The translations under genes and the position numbers were made by a program. Below, piece by piece: positions 57,583-64,000 of a stretch of DNA of 64,000 nt; position 1 is the first letter of the stretch, and each line of letters opens with the position of its first letter. The notes under the pieces are model-generated. The model ran no database searches, was not told the DNA's origin, and worked only from the letters and a program-made list of their open reading frames with translations. Source of the DNA: an uncultured Armatimonadetes bacterium (GTDB taxonomy: Bacteria > Armatimonadota > UBA5829 > DTJY01); contig OY970325.1 in NCBI GenBank assembly GCA_963717145.1, forward strand, positions 3,616,001 through 3,680,000. The letters are read 5' to 3'.

Positions 57583-59478
57583 ATGACCATCAAGATTGCA
57601 CTGATACTCGCGCTGATACCGATCCTCGCATCGGCGGCGGAGAACCTGCCGATCATCAGCGGGAACTTCAGCGTGGGATGGATCCAACACTCGCCGGTCG
57701 GAGCGTTCCCCGACCCGAGCTTCAGAGAGCCGGTCCCGGACGCAGCCAACTGGGCGGCACAGCATGCCTCGGGCCTGAAGGCCTACGAGGACTACGTCGC
57801 ATGGGGCGCGGTCGAGACCGAGCCCGGCAAGTGGGACTGGAGTCGGCAGATCGAGGTCGCGACGAACCAGCGCGCGGGCGGCCTGGAGTACGACGCCTAC
57901 CTCTGGCTGATGAACCCGCCCTTGTGGATGCGCGAGGGGAAGCTCCCCGCGAACGACCCCGATGCGCCCGATCATTTCACCATGATGCGCTGCCTCGAGC
58001 ACGGCGAGGAGACGTACACCCTCTCGATCTGGGATCCGGCGACCGCGAAGTGGTTCGGCCGCTACTACAAGCACATGGCTCAGGCGCTCGGCGAGAAGCT
58101 CGGGCGGACATACATCGGCCTCCCCGGCCCATACGGCGAGGGGAACTACCCGCTCCCAGTGCCCGACTGGGTGAAGGTCGGCCATATCCACGAGGGCTAC
58201 TGGTGCGGCGATACGTATGCCCGCAAGGCGTTCAGCGCCGCATTCCGCAAGCAGTACAAGTCGCTCCCGGCGCTCAACCAGGCTTGGGGGACGCATTTCG
58301 TCCGGTGGAGCGAGGTCGATTTCCCACCCGAGATACATGACGGCAAGCTCCTCAAGGCCGAGGAACGAACCGACGTGAAAGCCCGCCGCCGATGGATCGA
58401 TTTCATGAAGTGGTATCACCAGTCGATCATCGACTTCTCGGTCGATGTGACCAACGAGGCCAAGCGCTACATCCCGATCGACAAGCTGAAGATGAAGCCC
58501 GGCGGATCGGCCGGCGGCGTCAATCCGATCGCCTGGGGCACGTACTGTCCCGGGTATGCCAAGGCGGTTTCGAAGTGGAAGATGCGCCTTCAGCCCGCCA
58601 ACTGCCACGGACGCCCGTTCGGCGACCGATGGTACGGCACGGCATACCGGTTCTACGGCATCCCGTTCACCACCGAGCCCGCGGGCGGCATGGACAAGCG
58701 GACCTTCGTGCGCCGGGTCTTCATGGATGCGTCGAACGGCACGTCCGAGATGTTCAGCTACGAGTGGGACAAGCACAAGGAGGACGGCCTGAAGTGGATC
58801 CACCTCTACCGGGGCGTGCCGTCGATCACCGATGTGGCGGTCTACTGCCCGACGACCTGGTATCGCATGAACGGCGATATCTGGCCGGTGATTCATGCGG
58901 CTGATTCGCTCCGGGACATCACCGACTTCGAGGTGGCGGACGAGTTGCTGATCGAGGACGACTATCTCAGCAAGAGCAAGACCCGCGTCCTGATCTGGCT
59001 CGGCGGCCCGGTGACGGAGCGGGTGGTGCTGGAGAAAGTCCTCAAGTGGGTCGAGGCCGGCGGCATCCTTGTCTGGGGATCTGCGGACAGGCCCACCGAT
59101 GTCGAAGGCCGGACCGATATCAGCAGCAAGCTGTCTCCTATCATGGGCAACGACGAGTGGGGCTCTCCGATGAGGGGCAGAGTGGGTCGCGGACTCATCG
59201 TAGCAAGGATTGAGTTGCCTGACGTCAAAGACACGCTTGCCGACACGGTGCGCTGGGCCGTATACCATCCTGACCCGTCGTTCACAGGCGCTCCCGAGTT
59301 CGACAGCCTGGCGGACAATGTCTGGACCGCCGTCTTCCCGGACATGATCCTGCTCTACAACAACGGAGACAAGCCCGCCAACGTCGAGCGCACATGGGGT
59401 GGCCAGACCTACAAGACCCACATCGAACCGGGCGAACTGGTGGAGGTGAGACTGCCGTCCGGCGAGATCAAACGTTGA
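57583..59478 (+). CDS. Secreted GH42/GH14-like glycoside hydrolase
   Basis: YVAWGAVETEPGKWDW, GPYGEGNYP, YKSLPALNQAWGT, WIDFMKWY. Confidence 0.7.
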   Translation: MTIKIALILALIPILASAAENLPIISGNFSVGWIQHSPVGAFPDPSFREPVPDAANWAAQHASGLKAYEDYVAWGAVETEPGKWDWSRQIEVATNQRAGGLEYDAYLWLMNPPLWMREGKLPANDPDAPDHFTMMRCLEHGEETYTLSIWDPATAKWFGRYYKHMAQALGEKLGRTYIGLPGPYGEGNYPLPVPDWVKVGHIHEGYWCGDTYARKAFSAAFRKQYKSLPALNQAWGTHFVRWSEVDFPPEIHDGKLLKAEERTDVKARRRWIDFMKWYHQSIIDFSVDVTNEAKRYIPIDKLKMKPGGSAGGVNPIAWGTYCPGYAKAVSKWKMRLQPANCHGRPFGDRWYGTAYRFYGIPFTTEPAGGMDKRTFVRRVFMDASNGTSEMFSYEWDKHKEDGLKWIHLYRGVPSITDVAVYCPTTWYRMNGDIWPVIHAADSLRDITDFEVADELLIEDDYLSKSKTRVLIWLGGPVTERVVLEKVLKWVEAGGILVWGSADRPTDVEGRTDISSKLSPIMGNDEWGSPMRGRVGRGLIVARIELPDVKDTLADTVRWAVYHPDPSFTGAPEFDSLADNVWTAVFPDMILLYNNGDKPANVERTWGGQTYKTHIEPGELVEVRLPSGEIKR

Positions 59479-59513
59479 CAAATTACATCACCGTGGTATA
59501 ATCGTGATGTAAT
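59475..59513 (+). promoter_or_regulatory. sigma70 promoter with overlapping operator palindrome of the TA operon
   Basis: TTGACA-N16-TATAAT; ATTACATCAC-N12-GTGATGTAAT flanks the -10 box. Confidence 0.8.
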
Positions 59514-59522
59514 GGAAGGAGG

Positions 59523-59807
59523 ATGAGTGACTTGGCCACAACGAAGAGAAGACCAAAGATGGGTCGGACACAGGTAAGTCTAGCGCCAAAGCACCAAGAG
59601 ATCGCTCGCCGATTTGCGGAAGAACAACAAGTCAGCGTATCCCAGGTAGTACGAGAAGCCCTCGAGTATATTGATGAGCAGCGTAAAGCCGATCGTCTTG
59701 AGGGTCTGAAGAGCATGCAAAGCATATTCGGCATCGTCAAGGGAGCCGATCCCAACGCTTCGCTTGATCACGATCGTATACTATACGAGCGCGGGGATGA
59801 GCAGTGA
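59523..59807 (+). CDS. Ribbon-helix-helix (CopG-like) antitoxin
   Basis: RTQVSL...AEEQQVSVSQVVREAL; C-terminal DASLDHD-like ILY motif; overlaps PIN gene. Confidence 0.8.
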   Translation: MSDLATTKRRPKMGRTQVSLAPKHQEIARRFAEEQQVSVSQVVREALEYIDEQRKADRLEGLKSMQSIFGIVKGADPNASLDHDRILYERGDEQ

Positions 59808-60268
59808 CACACGTGTTCGTGGATGCCGGTGTGTTCATCGCACTTCTGTCCGAACGTGACCGTTACCATGACAGAGCGGGGGTAAGATACGCTGAACTTA
59901 ATGCAGGCGATTTCCGCATGGTTACGACCAACCTTGTCGTGGCAGAAACCGCAAACTGGCTCATGCGGGAGAAATCGGCCGGCCATCGCGCAACCGTCCA
60001 GTTCGGGAATTTCACGCGGAACTGGGCGCGCGTCACGGTCGATGAGCTTGGTCGTGTTACGGTGCCCACGAAGCGACTGATTCTTCATAGCACCCCTGAC
60101 ATCGAGAAAGCCGCATGGGATATCCTGGAACGGTATGACACTGCGGGCTTCAGCTTCACCGACTGCGTGAGTTTCGCTGTGATGCAAGCTCTCAGCATCA
60201 CCAAGGCATTCACCTTCGATTCACACTTCGACGTTCTTGGGTTCGAGCGCCTGCAACCCGACACATGA
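59804..60268 (+). CDS. vapC: PIN-domain (VapC-like) toxin
   Basis: VFVDAG, DRYH, TTNLVVAE, FSFTDCVSFAVM, AFTFDSHF. Confidence 0.88.
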   Translation: MTHVFVDAGVFIALLSERDRYHDRAGVRYAELNAGDFRMVTTNLVVAETANWLMREKSAGHRATVQFGNFTRNWARVTVDELGRVTVPTKRLILHSTPDIEKAAWDILERYDTAGFSFTDCVSFAVMQALSITKAFTFDSHFDVLGFERLQPDT

Positions 60269-63228
60269 GCATACACAACGCTATCCTGATCGGAGGTCTG
60301 ATGCTTGCCGGAGTGCTTTCCTGCTGTGCGGCCGATGTGCCGCGTGGTGTGGCTTCGTGGCCGGACGGTCTGGGCGACCACCGGGCCGTGGTGCGCGTCG
60401 CGGAGAAGTCGGATGCCGTGCTTGCGCGCATACCCTGGCGGCTCAAGCTAGGGCTCGCCGTGAAGGGCATCATCGTCACCGATGCCGCCGGGACTCGCCT
60501 GCGGAACATGTATTGGGCACGAACAAGCCCGGATTCAGGCGAAGTCGTCTTCCAGGCCGATCAGGCCGGCGACTACTGCATCTACTACATGCCGTTCTCC
60601 AGCAACCCTGTGCCCTGGGACTACTCGGTGACCTACGCACCCGACTCCAACCGCGCCGATCCCGCCTGGCTCCAGCGCCACAACCTCAACGACAGCGTCC
60701 CCCACCCCGAGGCCTGGGAGAGCCTGCCGCTCGCGGAGGTCATCGAGATCCAGGCGCGCGGCGAGTTCGACCGTTTCGATCCCATGGAGGTGACCTCCAC
60801 CTGGAACGAGATGACGGCGCTCATCCCGGAGCACCGAGGCCCGTACTGGGTCTTTCCGGAGGACCGCGAGCATCCGATCCGCATGACTCGCGACCTTCCG
60901 CGCCGATGGACTCAGGCCGGTCCGAAGGACGAGTTCCAGGGCGAGACATGCCGCGGGGAGTTCTACGTGTTCCAACTCGGCATCTATCCCGGGGGCGGGA
61001 AACTAGAAAACCTGGATGTCGCATTCACCAGTCTGCGCTCGGAGGACGGGAAGGTGATCCCCTCCTCGGCGCTGAGATGCTTCAACCTCGGCGGCACGGA
61101 CTGGCTCGGGCGGACGATGAAGAATGCTCCGAACCTGGACCTCAACGTCATTGCTCTCTGGTTCGGCGTCCAGGTCCCGAAGGAGACATCCCCTGGGCGC
61201 TATGCCGGCTGGATCACCCTGAAACCGACGAACGCAAGGGAGTCGAACATCCATCTCGTGCTGGACGTCAACGATAAGGTGCTGGACGATGCCGGGGACA
61301 GCGATCTTTGGCGGCTCTCGCGGCTGAGATGGCTCGACTCGACCATCGGGCTCGATGACGAGGTCACTGCTCCCTACACGCCGATGAAGGTACACGGCCG
61401 CACGGTGAGCTGTCTCGGTCGGGAGGTCAAGCTCGCGGATATCGGACTTCCCGCGAGCATCAAGAGCGGCGGACGGGAGATACTCGCGCGTCCGATGACC
61501 TTCGTGGTGGAGTCGGACACGGGAGTCGTGAAGTTCAAGGGCGGCAAGCCGAAGCCGTCCAACGCCGGGCCGGGCGGCGTGACCTGGGAGGCCGAGAGTA
61601 CCGGCGGCGACCTGACGCTCCTCTGCCGTGCCAGGATGGAGTTCGACGGCTACACCGACTTCCGGGTCTCAGTGAAGTCTCAGGGTTGGATCAACGCGAA
61701 GGACATCCGGCTCGAGATCCCCATCAAGCGCGAGGTGGCGACGTACATGATGGGCCTCGGTCGCAAGGGCGGGTTCCGCCCGGAGAAGTGGAAGTGGGCC
61801 TGGGATATCGACCGCGCAACAACACGGTCTGGATCGGCGACGTCGATGCCGGCCTGCAGTGCAAGCTCAAGGGCCCGGAGGACACCTGGGACATCTACAA
61901 CCTTCGTTCCGCCGGAATCCCCGAGTCGTGGGGCAACGACGGCAAGGGCGGCTGCAACGTCACCGAGGACGGAGACGCCGTGGTCGTGCGCGCGTACATC
62001 GGGGAAGCGCACCCTGCAGTTGTGGCGAGCGGATCGAGTTCCGCTTCGGCCTGCTGATCACGCCCGTCAAGCCGCTCGACCCGGCGCACTGGGACCAGCG
62101 CTACTACCACGCCTACGTTCCGCCGGAGACCGCAGTCGCCTCCGGCGCGAACATCATCAACATCCACCACGGCAACGAACTCAACCCCTACATCAACTAT
62201 CCGTTCCTGACGACGGACAAGCTCTCGGCCTACGTGAAGGACGCCCACGACAAGGGAGTCAAGGTCAAGATCTACTACACCGTGCGCGAGCTGAGCACCA
62301 GCCTCGCCGAGATGTGGGCGCTGCGAAGTCTGGGATACGAGGTGTTCACCGACGGCCCCGGCGGCGGGAGTTCGTGGCTGCGCGAGCACCTCGTCGACCA
62401 CTACGCCCCGGCCTGGCACCACGCCTTTCCCGACGGCTCGGTCGACGCCGCCATCGCCACCACGGGCCTCTCGCGCTGGCACAACTACTACCTCGAAGGG
62501 CTCGGCTGGCTGCGTCAGAGAACGTCGGGATCGACGGCCTGTATCTCGACGGCATCGGCTACGACCGCGAGATCATGAAGCGGGTCCGCAAGGTGATGGA
62601 CCGCGCGCGGCCCGGCTGCCTGATCGACTTCCACTCGGGCAACGAGTTCCCGTTCAACGACCTGCGGATCAGCCCGGCGAACAAGTACATGGAGCACTTC
62701 CCGTACATCAACAGCCTGTGGTTCGGCGAGGGCTATGACTACAACAACGAGTCGCCCGACTACTGGCTGGTGGAGGTCTCCGGCATTCCGTTCGGGCTCT
62801 ACGGCGAGATGCTCCAGGACAACGGCAACCCCTGGCGCGGGATGGTCTACGGCATGACGGCGCGTTACTACTGCGGCGCGGACCCGAAGCACATCTGGAA
62901 GCTCTGGGACGACTTCGGCATCAAGGACGCGAAGATGATCGGCTACTGGTCGCCGAAGTGCCCGGTGACGACCGACAACAAGGACGTCCTCGCGACGGTC
63001 TACCGCAAGAAAGGCAAGACGCTGATCTCGCTGGCGAGTTGGGCGAAGGAGCCGGCGCGTGTCCGGCTCGCGATCGACTGGAAGGCGCTGGGAATCGATC
63101 CCACGAAGGCGCGGCTCACCGCACCGGCGATCCCCGGCTTCCAGGACGCGGCATCGTTCGGGCCCTCCGATGAGATCCCCGTCCAGCCGGGCCGTGGATG
63201 GCTCCTCATACTGGACAGCCCGCCGTAG
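60265..63228 (+). CDS. Secreted DUF6067 / GH123-like glycoside hydrolase; compensating frameshifts between ~61815 and ~62520
   Basis: LGDHRAVVRV, GEFYVFQLG, SRLRWLDS; NIHHGNELNPYINYPF and KVKIYYTVREL in another frame; IDGLYLD, SLWFGEG. Confidence 0.75.
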   Translation: MSIHNAILIGGLMLAGVLSCCAADVPRGVASWPDGLGDHRAVVRVAEKSDAVLARIPWRLKLGLAVKGIIVTDAAGTRLRNMYWARTSPDSGEVVFQADQAGDYCIYYMPFSSNPVPWDYSVTYAPDSNRADPAWLQRHNLNDSVPHPEAWESLPLAEVIEIQARGEFDRFDPMEVTSTWNEMTALIPEHRGPYWVFPEDREHPIRMTRDLPRRWTQAGPKDEFQGETCRGEFYVFQLGIYPGGGKLENLDVAFTSLRSEDGKVIPSSALRCFNLGGTDWLGRTMKNAPNLDLNVIALWFGVQVPKETSPGRYAGWITLKPTNARESNIHLVLDVNDKVLDDAGDSDLWRLSRLRWLDSTIGLDDEVTAPYTPMKVHGRTVSCLGREVKLADIGLPASIKSGGREILARPMTFVVESDTGVVKFKGGKPKPSNAGPGGVTWEAESTGGDLTLLCRARMEFDGYTDFRVSVKSQGWINAKDIRLEIPIKREVATYMMGLGRKGGFRPEKWKWAWDIDRATTRSGSATSMPACSASSRARRTPGTSTTFVPPESPSRGATTARAAATSPRTETPWSCARTSGKRTLQLWRADRVPLRPADHARQAARPGALGPALLPRLRSAGDRSRLRREHHQHPPRQRTQPLHQLSVPDDGQALGLREGRPRQGSQGQDLLHRARAEHQPRRDVGAAKSGIRGVHRRPRRREFVAARAPRRPLRPGLAPRLSRRLGRRRHRHHGPLALAQLLPRRARLAASENVGIDGLYLDGIGYDREIMKRVRKVMDRARPGCLIDFHSGNEFPFNDLRISPANKYMEHFPYINSLWFGEGYDYNNESPDYWLVEVSGIPFGLYGEMLQDNGNPWRGMVYGMTARYYCGADPKHIWKLWDDFGIKDAKMIGYWSPKCPVTTDNKDVLATVYRKKGKTLISLASWAKEPARVRLAIDWKALGIDPTKARLTAPAIPGFQDAASFGPSDEIPVQPGRGWLLILDSPP

Positions 63229-63327
63229 CGCTCACGCCACCCGTTTGACCTCCCGGCGCTGTTCACCCTATACTATGAGAGAATCAGGCGGTCGAATGCG
63301 CCTGATGGAACTTGGAGTAAAGGTAGC

Positions 63328-64000
63328 ATGGCACAGAGGTTTTCGAGGGTCGCCGCCCTGGCGATCCTTTTTCTCACCGCGATTGTCCCGCAAGTAGCCC
63401 ACTCCGATCAGCCTGCGGAGTTCGCCAGAGGCATCGTCTTCAATGACATCAACCGAAATGGACTGCGCGATTCGGGCGAAGGTGGTCTGCCCGGCATAAG
63501 CGTCTCCAATGGCAGCCTGATCGTTCAGACAGGCCCGAACGGCGACTACCAGCTGCCGGTCGACGACGACACGACCATCTTCGTGACGAAGCCCAGGGGA
63601 TGGATGACCCCTGTGGATGCGAACAACCTCTCCAGGTTCTATTACGTCCACAAGCCGAAGGGCTCTCCGCCTCAGAAGTACAAAGGCGTCGCGCCCACCG
63701 GTCCGCTGCCCGACTCGATCGACTTCCCGCTCTATCGGCAGGACGAGCCTGACCGGTTCAACGTGGTTTTCCTCGGCGACACTCAGCCCTGGAGCAAGGA
63801 TATGGTCGCGTACCTGGGCCACGACATCGTCGAGGAACTCGTGGGAGTCGAAGCGGCATTCGGTGTGACGCTCGGTGACGTTGTCAGTAATACCCTCTCG
63901 CTCTTTGAGGACGTGGTCGCGGCGCAGGGACTTGCGGGCGTTCCCTGGCGATACGTCAAAGGCAACCACGATACGAACTTCGACGGGCAGCCCGATCACA
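63328..64000 (+). CDS. Secreted calcineurin-like metallophosphoesterase, runs off the window
   Basis: Not in ORF track (no stop in window): signal peptide, GIVFNDINRNGLRD, VSNG, FLGDTQP, LGDVV, GNHD; TTGACC-N18-TATACT at 63245-63274. Confidence 0.85.
   Translation, partial: MAQRFSRVAALAILFLTAIVPQVAHSDQPAEFARGIVFNDINRNGLRDSGEGGLPGISVSNGSLIVQTGPNGDYQLPVDDDTTIFVTKPRGWMTPVDANNLSRFYYVHKPKGSPPQKYKGVAPTGPLPDSIDFPLYRQDEPDRFNVVFLGDTQPWSKDMVAYLGHDIVEELVGVEAAFGVTLGDVVSNTLSLFEDVVAAQGLAGVPWRYVKGNHDTNFDGQPDH

Overview
GC-rich bacterial chromosomal window. Gene content (DUF4838, H-X9-DG and golvesin-like domain proteins, URO-D-like protein, GspG-like paralogs) suggests Armatimonadota or a similar lineage; this is inference. 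Many genes, including the essential dnaE, carry frameshifts, most likely long-read assembly indels. Content in order: two tandem GerMN-amidase paralogs; DUF4838, Gfo/Idh/MocA, TlpA-like and ThuA genes; four tandem paralogs with a GspG-like C-terminus; copA and a cytochrome c; two triple-PH-like membrane paralogs; dnaE; lsrF-rpe-SDR; tRNA-Val(GAC) followed by a DNA methyltransferase bounded by a duplicated tRNA 3' end; a membrane protein/alpha-2-macroglobulin/VanW operon; and a long carbohydrate-utilisation region with an embedded vapBC-like module. Main discoveries: (1) a conserved, structured ~120-nt 5' leader with an anti-Shine-Dalgarno segment in front of both amidase genes (candidate new cis-regulatory RNA); (2) a membrane-anchored TlpA-like gene with an in-frame TGA (C-x6-U) followed by a SECIS-like hairpin (candidate new selenoprotein); (3) six copies of an ECF-type promoter G(C/G)AAC-N17-GTCT upstream of envelope genes; (4) several palindromic repeat families, three instances lying in frame inside proteins. 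No CRISPR array, rRNA, integrase, transposase or reverse transcriptase was seen.
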